From the IMG/VR virus record IMGVR_UViG_3300034104_004745, positions 134,826 through 198,825 of that record: a stretch of 64,000 nt of DNA; one strand, given 5' to 3'. This document shows, one piece after another, positions 43,656-52,295 of this stretch. Each line of letters starts with the position of its first letter. Position 1 is the stretch's first letter. Both the position numbers and the translations under genes were made by a program. Under the pieces are notes generated by a model, which saw nothing but the letters and a program-made list of their open reading frames with translations, ran no database searches and was not told the DNA's origin. Source of the stretch: a virus. Taxonomy: Duplodnaviria; Heunggongvirae; Uroviricota; Caudoviricetes.

Positions 43656-46600
43656 TATTTACTTGGTTTTAAAAAGTTTAATTTAACACCATCGAATTTG
43701 CTACTGGTTGCGTGTACCTTATCAAGTATTTCACTTTCTTGTGAGGTTAAAGTTCCAGATATAACAATATCTACTGGTTTTACTTCTTTTTTAAGTTTTA
43801 CTTCTTTGTATTTAAATTTATTCTTATCTGTATCTGATTTGTTGTCTTTAATAAATTTCTCTACTCTATTTTCAATCTTATTTATTGTATTTTTATCAAA
43901 AAATTTATCATCTGCAGAATCCTCATATAATTTTTTAATATCCTTAACATTATCTTTTATAATGAAAGCCAATACTTTTTTATATGTGGTATCGTCGAAA
44001 GAAGGTGAATTAAAATTAATCGTTGTATCTAAATCAGTTGTAAAAATTGAATGTTTTTCACTTATCAACTTTACAGCCTCATCATATTGATCATAAAACT
44101 TAGAAGCATCAAAATTTGATATTGTCGCTACCGTTGTTTCTTTTTTGTCAAATCTACCATCTTTACCTGTTGTTTTAATTATAAAATTAACCCTATCAAT
44201 TAAATCAATTAATTTGTTTCTATTTTGTTCTAATTGGGTAATAGATTTTTCATCTCTAATTTTATTTAAGAAATCAGTAACCTTAGTTTTAATATAAGCG
44301 TCAATAATCTCTCTTGATCTTTGATATTTTTCTTGTGAATTAGAATTAATATCCAAGTTTAAAATAGAATTATGGTCAGAAGAATTAGCCTTCTCTAATA
44401 ATGGTTTTTCAAACTTTTGAAATAGGTTAGCAAAATCTATAAATTTCGTATACTCACCTAAAAGATTAACTTGTATTGTTCCAGAAGGTGTGCTTTGTAT
44501 ATCTACTTGATTAATTGTTCTGTATGTTGGTGAAATGTATATTGGTAAAATTTCTTTTCCATAAGCATTAATTAATGTTGTGTATGTACTTTTGAATGTA
44601 TTAAAATATTCATTAGTAGATTTTATTAAACCACCAATAACTTCTTTATAATCCATTTTGGTTCCGGTTTGTGAACCAATAAATTTACCCTCAGCTTTAA
44701 CTTTATCTTCAGTTGGTATTCCAGCTATGTCTGGTGTTTTTTTACCACCAGTTAATTTTTCTAAAAAGTCTATGTTGAATTTTTGTAAACTTTCTTGATC
44801 AACAGTTGAGTCGGCTCTATAATCATATACCTCAGTATTAGCAAAGAAGTTTGAACTTAATGCATTTTGAAGTTTAGCAACAGGTTCTTTAATTCCTTGA
44901 CCACCAATAAAATTAACCTGTAATGTAACATCCGCAACCATTGGTTGTACACCGATACCTTCTGGGTTTAAATCCCAAGTACTATTTTCATATGTTATGT
45001 TCATGTTTGTGATGATTACTTTTGAATGGTAAAAATCACCAATTCTCAAAACACAAACAGGTGGCGGGCCGAATGTTGTATTTCTAGCGTCAACAACAGT
45101 ACCATTAATATCTGTACCTAATTTTTTAACCGGTATAGTATCACCTGGACGAATACATTGATGTAAGAATGTTAATCTAGCATTCAATCCTTCAGGTGTC
45201 ATAGAATGAAACGCTGGGTGGAAATATCTTAATTTTTCTTTTAAACTACCAAAAACAATTGGGTCTGTCTCTTCTAATTTTTTAAAATAGAAACATTCAG
45301 AAAGAGCTTTCATTATAAGTTTCTTAACAACATCTAATGGTGGCCTTTTTTTCTTGACTGTTGTATTTTCAGTAATAACAGTTTTACCCGGGGTAATAGT
45401 TGTTGTTCCAGGTATGAATGTTGTTTTATTTTCTGTACTTCCTTCTGTTACTGTTTTTTGCTCATATGTCATCTTAAGACTAGCAGATCTACAATAAAAA
45501 GTAATAGGTGCGAATTTTTTTAACCCAGTTTTATTTTTAATTTCTTTAGTGTGACAATCAAATTTTTCTGGACCAGTAGTTGTTGATTTTTCTCCCTTGT
45601 TAACAAATGTTACAACTAAACCACCTTCAATATCTTCACCATATCCAAGTTTTTTAAGATCAATTGTTACTGTTTGCGTTGTTTGTTCTGGATTTCTATT
45701 TAATTCTTCAATTGTTTTATCCCATTTGTAATCAGCAACTTTATTAGGATCTTTCGAAATGGATTTTAAAATATATTTTATTAAACTATCCGATCTTCTG
45801 TGTGATAATTTTATATTATAATTAACATCTGCAACAAATGATGTTGAAGATTCTATTGTTAACGATATTTGTTTTACATTATTTTTTTCTAATTCAGATT
45901 TAAGTGTTGCTGTCGCTCCACTGATAACACCAAAATTAGTTTGTAATTCAGTAAATGCTTTTTCTATTTGTGTTTTTTTATCATTAACTAATGTTGATGT
46001 AGTAATAGTACCACCATTTGTTGGGTCTTCTGAACCAAATATAATAGCCCTATCATGCTTGTTATCTTTAGTATTTGTTGCTAATATGGTATTCAAACCA
46101 CTAGCTAAATTGTTTTTGAAATCTTCTTTATCCCCGTAATATTTTTTATAAACAATATCATATGGTGTATCAGCATATAAACTAGTTGATTGACCAGGAA
46201 CGTCATTTGGAAAATAAATAATATTATCTTGTATAAGATCAACCAAATTACTACCAGTTGAACCTGGTGTTGTACTTTGACTTGGTATCTCTGTTGGTTG
46301 AGTTGTTACAACATCTCCAGCTGTATAATTAAATTCTAAAGCTGTTGTAATATCTTCTCTTTTATTATCTCTATAATATTCGAGATAAGCGATAATTAAT
46401 TCAATATCTGATGGATCTAATGTTATGTATTTTCTAACTAATGTATAAAAATCAACATCATAACATCCAGCAAAGAAAGAATTTAAAAAATTCTCAGCTT
46501 CTTCATCTGTTATTTCTTTAACTAAAAGATTTAAAATACTTGGATGATCTACAATAACTTTAAATGATATTGTACCAGATCTTTCTGTATTTTGATATGT

Positions 46601-48454
46601 GTATATTGGTTCAGGTCTTCCTAAGAAACTATTTTTATCCCAGTTAGCACTATTGTTTTCATTTACCTTTAAATCATAAGGAGGAAACCACATAACTCTA
46701 CCACCATTTTGACCTCTTTCACATATTGGTAAATCATTAACAGTATATCCAAATTTGTTTGATGTTTTCCATGCTAAATTTTCAAGTGAAAACATATATT
46801 TTTTTGCTTTACCTTGTATACCATCAATGTTTGTTGAACCTACAAATGAACCATTACCATTTGACATTGGTGCTATGTTTAGATTCCATGGTGTACTTAA
46901 AACACTATCTTCAATTTTTCTAATGGTACCAGTTTTCTTCATGGTATCTGAATAGTTCATATATGCCCTATCCTTAGTCCATACTCTACAATATTCAGAA
47001 CCATCTTTTGCTCCTGTGTTTTTATTTACATAAACAACAGCAGAACCTCTAGACATCATTTTTGTACCTTCTCTAAAGATTCTAGATGTTTGATCAATAA
47101 CATTTGCAACATGTGATCTACCTTCACCACCATTTTTAGGTAGTGAATCTAATAACTGTTGTGTTTTACCTAAAATTGAATCTTCTCTAAAAGTAAATTT
47201 AGTAGATAAGCTGTCTTCAAGAACACCTCTTTCAGATGAATATTCAACATTATCTTTACCTAACTTATTTTGTGAACTTCTACTATACCATGTAAGTTTT
47301 CCTGGAATAGGCCCTCTTTCTGATATGTTTTTTTCATTTGAAAATAACTCGGTTGCTATTGAATCAAATTTATATGAAAGATAATATGGACTTAATACTT
47401 TATTTTGATTAAAGTCTTCTAAAATATTCTTAACGTTATCTCCTCTATCATCACCAATATATGCTTTACCTTCAGGAGCTTCTCTACCTAGTATTTTATT
47501 TATACCGCCAGCAACACTATCAACAAAATTGAATAGTTTACTTGTGTTTTGTGATCTAGCTCTTGTTGTATAATTTGGCGCGTATGTAGAAAATGATAAA
47601 TTATCAAATAAAATATCTTTTTGACCATCACTTAAATATTCTAACATTAAGTCTGATGGCTTTCTACTTGCTGATGGTCTTCTTTGTATACCTAATAATG
47701 AACCCAACACACCAGTAGCGTCTTGAAATAACTTACCTAATTCACTTTTTGGTACTGGTCTATTAACAACAGGGTTTGCTGGATTTGTTAAATAATCTCC
47801 AGGTATTTCAGACCAAGGAAATTCTACACCAGTTACTGTTTGTAAAAAATCAATAGCTTTACCAGGTAAAGTTCTTGCTACTGTAATTTTATAATTTTTT
47901 TCTATTAATCTTTCTCTACCTCTAACAATATTAATTGCAGATGATAAATTACCATTAGCAGCATCTAATATTCTTGCTCTACCCTCTGTAGCAGTTTTTA
48001 GGTTTTGTCTAATTCTTGATTGAACTGGCCCTTCTGGTGATTCTAATAAGTGGTAATTTGAAAACTTTGCTAATTGTGATTCAAATTCATAATTACCGGA
48101 ATCTAATGCACCAATTAAACTTCTACCTAATATTCCACCTGAAATTGGGAAATATGGATATACACCGATATTACCAGCAGGGTCAATTAAAATCCTAGTA
48201 TTCTCTAGAATTTCATATTCACTGTTTTCTGGACCAAATCTATTGTTGTTATCTGTTAATACTAATTGAGATGCTCTAGATGTTTGATCATTTAATGTAA
48301 CATCCCCTTGATCTCTATTTGATTGATTTAAGGTATTTTGAATAGAATAGTTAGACGTGTTAAAAGTTTGTGGCCCATTTGCTTGTTGTAGGGTTTTAGC
48401 TAATAACGCATCTCTAAAGCTTTTTGTAGAATTAAAATCTAAGTAACTTGGCAT
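43655..48454 (-). CDS. Large tail-tube-initiator-like baseplate protein with inserted OmpA-like domain
   Basis: FLGRPEPIYTYQNTERSGTISFK and PPVCVLRIGDFY...II.NMNITYE (tube-fold motifs) flank IYFPND...YNIKLSHRRSDSL. Confidence 0.6.
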   Translation of the reverse strand: MPSYLDFNSTKSFRDALLAKTLQQANGPQTFNTSNYSIQNTLNQSNRDQGDVTLNDQTSRASQLVLTDNNNRFGPENSEYEILENTRILIDPAGNIGVYPYFPISGGILGRSLIGALDSGNYEFESQLAKFSNYHLLESPEGPVQSRIRQNLKTATEGRARILDAANGNLSSAINIVRGRERLIEKNYKITVARTLPGKAIDFLQTVTGVEFPWSEIPGDYLTNPANPVVNRPVPKSELGKLFQDATGVLGSLLGIQRRPSASRKPSDLMLEYLSDGQKDILFDNLSFSTYAPNYTTRARSQNTSKLFNFVDSVAGGINKILGREAPEGKAYIGDDRGDNVKNILEDFNQNKVLSPYYLSYKFDSIATELFSNEKNISERGPIPGKLTWYSRSSQNKLGKDNVEYSSERGVLEDSLSTKFTFREDSILGKTQQLLDSLPKNGGEGRSHVANVIDQTSRIFREGTKMMSRGSAVVYVNKNTGAKDGSEYCRVWTKDRAYMNYSDTMKKTGTIRKIEDSVLSTPWNLNIAPMSNGNGSFVGSTNIDGIQGKAKKYMFSLENLAWKTSNKFGYTVNDLPICERGQNGGRVMWFPPYDLKVNENNSANWDKNSFLGRPEPIYTYQNTERSGTISFKVIVDHPSILNLLVKEITDEEAENFLNSFFAGCYDVDFYTLVRKYITLDPSDIELIIAYLEYYRDNKREDITTALEFNYTAGDVVTTQPTEIPSQSTTPGSTGSNLVDLIQDNIIYFPNDVPGQSTSLYADTPYDIVYKKYYGDKEDFKNNLASGLNTILATNTKDNKHDRAIIFGSEDPTNGGTITTSTLVNDKKTQIEKAFTELQTNFGVISGATATLKSELEKNNVKQISLTIESSTSFVADVNYNIKLSHRRSDSLIKYILKSISKDPNKVADYKWDKTIEELNRNPEQTTQTVTIDLKKLGYGEDIEGGLVVTFVNKGEKSTTTGPEKFDCHTKEIKNKTGLKKFAPITFYCRSASLKMTYEQKTVTEGSTENKTTFIPGTTTITPGKTVITENTTVKKKRPPLDVVKKLIMKALSECFYFKKLEETDPIVFGSLKEKLRYFHPAFHSMTPEGLNARLTFLHQCIRPGDTIPVKKLGTDINGTVVDARNTTFGPPPVCVLRIGDFYHSKVIITNMNITYENSTWDLNPEGIGVQPMVADVTLQVNFIGGQGIKEPVAKLQNALSSNFFANTEVYDYRADSTVDQESLQKFNIDFLEKLTGGKKTPDIAGIPTEDKVKAEGKFIGSQTGTKMDYKEVIGGLIKSTNEYFNTFKSTYTTLINAYGKEILPIYISPTYRTINQVDIQSTPSGTIQVNLLGEYTKFIDFANLFQKFEKPLLEKANSSDHNSILNLDINSNSQEKYQRSREIIDAYIKTKVTDFLNKIRDEKSITQLEQNRNKLIDLIDRVNFIIKTTGKDGRFDKKETTVATISNFDASKFYDQYDEAVKLISEKHSIFTTDLDTTINFNSPSFDDTTYKKVLAFIIKDNVKDIKKLYEDSADDKFFDKNTINKIENRVEKFIKDNKSDTDKNKFKYKEVKLKKEVKPVDIVISGTLTSQESEILDKVHATSSKFDGVKLNFLKPSK

Positions 48455-48493
48455 CTATTCTTTTATCTAATAAATAGATAATTTATTATTTTA

Positions 48494-50425
48494 CTATGCG
48501 TATGCTTTGGTGTTTTTAACAATATTAGAAACAAACTCAGCTCTTAATTGTGGATTTTTTGAAATTTCATCAACAACAATTCCAGCTAATTGGCTACTAT
48601 TACTATTAATATCAACTTTTATATCAATAGCACCAAAGAATTCTTTTGCTTCTTTAAACATTTCTTTACCCTTTTCCAGTCCCTTGTCCAATATCTCTTT
48701 TGCTTTAGGACCATATTCATCAATTGCCTCTTGGGTTTTTTTCATTCCTTGTTGAGCAGCATCAATAATACCATTATCTTCCGCAAATTCTTTAAATTTA
48801 TCTAAATATGGTTGAGCACTCGCTTTAATAGCATCCAATGCTTGATCTGCTGCTAAATCCTTTATTTGTTTCATGCTCATTTTTGAAGCATCAAATGTAT
48901 CATATAAAAAGTCAGAACCGGCTTGAACCTTTTCTTTTGCTTTAACACCAATACCGCTCGTTCTTACATCATTTTGACCTCTTAAATATATTGCAGTTAC
49001 AACAGACATAATTTGTGTTGTTGCATTTAATTGTTGTCTCGCTATATCTTTTGTTGAAAGTTTTTCGTTTTGTTCTTGAAGTTTTTGTAATTTTTCAACT
49101 TGATCAGATGATAAATCATCTATTGAAACAAATCCATCAACAAGATTGGTAATACCCATTTGAGCCGCCATATCTTTTGGTAAGTCAAATCCAACTTTAC
49201 CATCTTTCATTGTTGCAAGATTTGAAACAAATTCTTTCTGTTCATCACTTAATTTAGGGAACATATCTAATTGAGACATTGCTTCAAATTTAGCAGCCCC
49301 TTTAACAGCCATATTTGTCAGTTCACCCATTGATATACCTAAAGCATCAGACATTGCTTTAGCGCGTCTTAAATTAGCTCCTGATACTTCAAATCTACCT
49401 TGTTCAGCATTATATGTTGCTAAACTTCTAGCAGCACCTATAATACTTGTTTGTAATGATTCAACATTATTTGTTGCATCATACATTAATTTAATTGGAT
49501 CGCCTAAATCACCAAAAGCACCACCAACAACTTGTAAATTAGCAGCTAATGTAATTGCACTTTCTGGATCATATAATTTATCTGCAACTTTAAGCACATC
49601 GTCCATATTGATTTTAAGTGCTTGTGCTTCTTGAACCATTTTACCTAAACCTTTAATTCCGTTTTGGAAGCCATAAGCATTTAAACTACCTAAGTTTTTA
49701 ATTAATGTTTCAGAAGTAGCTTTTGCACTAAGACCCATATTAATAGATCTTTTTCCAATATCTTCAATTGCTTTTGCAGCATCACTTAAACCTAATCCAA
49801 CATTTCTAAATCCTTCAGCATTTTCTAAAAGTGTTCTAGAGTTTTTGGTGTATGCCATTGAAGCCTCCATACCAGCATAAATTGTGTTTTCGCTGTATAA
49901 AGCCATTCTCTCGGAATTGACCATTAAACTTTCAGTAGCATCAATAAATTCATTAACACTTACACCAAGTCTTGTTGTTGCAATCATCGCTTCATTAAGA
50001 CCTTCCAGCATTGCTTTTCCAACTTCTCCAACATATCCAGCAGAACCTTTGGTGCTTTTAAGTAAGTCATCTTGTGTTTGTGCTAAATCAGTCATTAATG
50101 TTTTAGCACCATCTAAACCTAAAGCAAGAACATTTTTAACCAATGCAATTGGATTGATAGTCATAGATTTTCCTAGACTATCTATAATACCTGTTACTGT
50201 GTCAACACTAATTCTTGATTTTGTAGATGAAAATCTATCATAAAATCCGGCAGCCGCAGCATCCGCAACCTTTTTCATTAAGCCAACATCTGGACCAGTT
50301 ACATTACTACTAGTTCTAGCAGCCTGATTCATCCTTTTGCTTAAATAATCGTTAATCTCTCCAGGGGTATAATTCCCTGAATCTTGTGCTAATTTCCTTA
50401 CTGCGTCATCTGATAAATTTGGCAT
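48494..50425 (-). CDS. Tape measure protein
   Basis: Ala/Gly/Leu-rich helical protein after tube and chaperone genes. Confidence 0.7.
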   Translation of the reverse strand: MPNLSDDAVRKLAQDSGNYTPGEINDYLSKRMNQAARTSSNVTGPDVGLMKKVADAAAAGFYDRFSSTKSRISVDTVTGIIDSLGKSMTINPIALVKNVLALGLDGAKTLMTDLAQTQDDLLKSTKGSAGYVGEVGKAMLEGLNEAMIATTRLGVSVNEFIDATESLMVNSERMALYSENTIYAGMEASMAYTKNSRTLLENAEGFRNVGLGLSDAAKAIEDIGKRSINMGLSAKATSETLIKNLGSLNAYGFQNGIKGLGKMVQEAQALKINMDDVLKVADKLYDPESAITLAANLQVVGGAFGDLGDPIKLMYDATNNVESLQTSIIGAARSLATYNAEQGRFEVSGANLRRAKAMSDALGISMGELTNMAVKGAAKFEAMSQLDMFPKLSDEQKEFVSNLATMKDGKVGFDLPKDMAAQMGITNLVDGFVSIDDLSSDQVEKLQKLQEQNEKLSTKDIARQQLNATTQIMSVVTAIYLRGQNDVRTSGIGVKAKEKVQAGSDFLYDTFDASKMSMKQIKDLAADQALDAIKASAQPYLDKFKEFAEDNGIIDAAQQGMKKTQEAIDEYGPKAKEILDKGLEKGKEMFKEAKEFFGAIDIKVDINSNSSQLAGIVVDEISKNPQLRAEFVSNIVKNTKAYA

Positions 50426-50455
50426 TTTATATTAAACTATATAAGAATAAATAGT

Positions 50456-50590
50456 TTAATCATTCTTTTCCATGAAATAGTTAATTATAGTATTTCTTTC
50501 ATGTACAGGAAGGATTAAAACATCGTGGTATGTGAAACCTTTTGTTAATAAAAAAAGTATAGATTCAATCTGATACTTTTTATATGCCAT
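50456..50590 (-). CDS. 44-aa ORF missing from track; second part of tail assembly chaperone (possible frameshift extension)
   Basis: MAYKKYQIESILFLLTKGFTYHDVLILPVHERNTIINYFMEKND; overlaps the chaperone end in the +1 frame and fills the gap before the tape measure gene. Confidence 0.7.
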   Translation of the reverse strand: MAYKKYQIESILFLLTKGFTYHDVLILPVHERNTIINYFMEKND

Positions 50591-51320
50591 AGAAGGGACG
50601 AAAAAATTCCACCCCAAAGTCAACCAAAACAGGGACTTTTTCTCCAGACGGGGCGATTACTTCAACAATTAGGTCAAGACCTGGTTTATTTTCAGATACA
50701 AATTTTTTGAACTCTTGAGAATCCCTAATTGGTAAATTTTGTATAAATTGATAAATTGCCATTTGGTCTCTTGTACCTTCGACAGATTTTATCATCATTT
50801 CTAATCTCTTTGTGTTTAATGGTGCAATAGTATCTTTACTTGATTCTTTAATTAGTTTTAATTCATTTTCTTGTAAATTACTTAAAAACTTGAATGTAAT
50901 TTTTTTCTTAACACCATTTAAAAAGAATTCATATTCACCATTTGAGTCAGCAACTAATTTAAAATCCTTAGTTTTTAATATAGATAAATCAACAGTTCCC
51001 TCAAAAGACTGTTTGGTAATTGGATCAACTAAATCAATCTTATATTCAGTTCCAAAAGCTGTATTTCTTAAAAAGATTAATATTGCCTGTCTATCTTCAT
51101 CAACTAATTCTTCAATATTCAATTCTTTATCAAGAATTTTTCTTTTCAATAATTCTTCAATTACAGTATCTGACTGTAATAAATTTGGTGACATTAATAT
51201 ATTCTCATCTGCAGCAGTTAGGTATGCAACTCTTAATGATTTTTTACCATTTGTATAGTGTACACCTTGTGAAGGTAGTTGAACCACGTCATAGGCTACC
51301 ATTGGATTTATATTTTCCAT
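50580..51320 (-). CDS. Tail/baseplate assembly chaperone (T4 gp26-like)
   Basis: VQLPSQG, YLTAADENIL, DRQAILIFLRNTAFG.EY, C-terminal FGVEFFRP; lies between tube and tape measure. Confidence 0.75.
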   Translation of the reverse strand: MENINPMVAYDVVQLPSQGVHYTNGKKSLRVAYLTAADENILMSPNLLQSDTVIEELLKRKILDKELNIEELVDEDRQAILIFLRNTAFGTEYKIDLVDPITKQSFEGTVDLSILKTKDFKLVADSNGEYEFFLNGVKKKITFKFLSNLQENELKLIKESSKDTIAPLNTKRLEMMIKSVEGTRDQMAIYQFIQNLPIRDSQEFKKFVSENKPGLDLIVEVIAPSGEKVPVLVDFGVEFFRPFYGI

Positions 51321-51380
51321 AATAATATTTTGTTCTTTTTATTAATATAACTATAAAACAAATAAAAATCAATGAAACAA

Positions 51381-51396
51381 CGTTCCATGTGGAACT
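51381..51396. promoter_or_regulatory. parS-like palindrome
   Basis: cGTTCCATGTGGAACt versus parS variant tGTTCCACGTGGAACa; intergenic. Confidence 0.45.
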
Positions 51397-51427
51397 ATTG
51401 ATATAAATTATTGATTATCAATTAAAT

Positions 51428-51460
51428 AAAAAACCCCATACTCGTTTCCACGAATATGGG
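51428..51460 (-). terminator. Intrinsic terminator after tail tube gene
   Basis: CCCATATTCGT-ggaa-ACGAGTATGGG followed by GTTTTTT. Confidence 0.85.
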
Positions 51461-51490
51461 ATTATAAATAAAACTATTTGAAATATAATA

Positions 51491-51979
51491 TTAGTATACT
51501 TGAATACATCTATCCATTCTCAATTCAGCATCAATTGTTGCTAACGCTTCTTCAGAATAACTTAAATCACCAAAGTTCAATGATGTTAAGAAACAACCTT
51601 CTAAAATCCACTTCTCAACAACAACACCTGTTGGATCTAACATTTCAAGTTCAACATTTTTCTTATACCCTGCTGCATAACCCATTCTACCGGTTACGGA
51701 TTCAGCATGAAGACGGAACCATTCCATCAATGCTTGGGATGCTGAAGGACCAATAGGATCTTTAAAAGTAACCTTGATTGGGTCCCAGGTAAATCTACCT
51801 GCAACATATGTTGAAGTATTCAAGAACGGAATCTCTGTTGAACCTATTTTAGCACTAGGACGGGATGTAGATGTTACATACCACTCATTAATACCCAAAG
51901 AAGATGGAAATCTAAGGATAAATCTATTTTTACGTTTCGGTTCGTATGGAACCGGCATTTTCATTAATAAATCTGCCAT
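51491..51979 (-). CDS. Tail tube protein (T4 gp19-like)
   Basis: EPKRKNRFIL, AGRFTWDPIKVTFKD, YKKNVELEMLDPTG.VVEKWIL.GCF; follows the sheath. Confidence 0.9.
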   Translation of the reverse strand: MADLLMKMPVPYEPKRKNRFILRFPSSLGINEWYVTSTSRPSAKIGSTEIPFLNTSTYVAGRFTWDPIKVTFKDPIGPSASQALMEWFRLHAESVTGRMGYAAGYKKNVELEMLDPTGVVVEKWILEGCFLTSLNFGDLSYSEEALATIDAELRMDRCIQVY

Positions 51980-52091
51980 TGTTTTTGTGTTATATTGTTT
52001 TGTTTATTCTTTCTAATAAATATATCAATGTTAGAAATAAAATTTATTTTCCCAAATACTTGATTTTCTGGAAAAAAATCGTTAGCTTTTT

Positions 52092-52247
52092 GCTACTACG
52101 TTACTAAAATACTAATGTACTAACTATACTAATATTTCAATGTACTATTATTTCTTACTTCTATATTCTAATATTTCTTATTTCTAATATTACTAATGTA
52201 CTGATTTTCAATATACTAATGTTCTATTATTACTACTATATACTAAT
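52092..52247. repeat. AT-rich, G-poor tract of degenerate TACTAAT/TTCTAAT repeats
   Basis: tactaat recurs several times; tactaatgtact twice; non-coding. Confidence 0.75.
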
Positions 52248-52275
52248 AAAAAGGGGCGGTTAAGAACCACCCCTT
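52248..52275 (-). terminator. Intrinsic terminator after sheath gene
   Basis: AAGGGGTGGTT-ctt-AACCGCCCCTT followed by TTT. Confidence 0.85.
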
Positions 52276-52295
52276 ACTTATTTTATCTTCATTTA

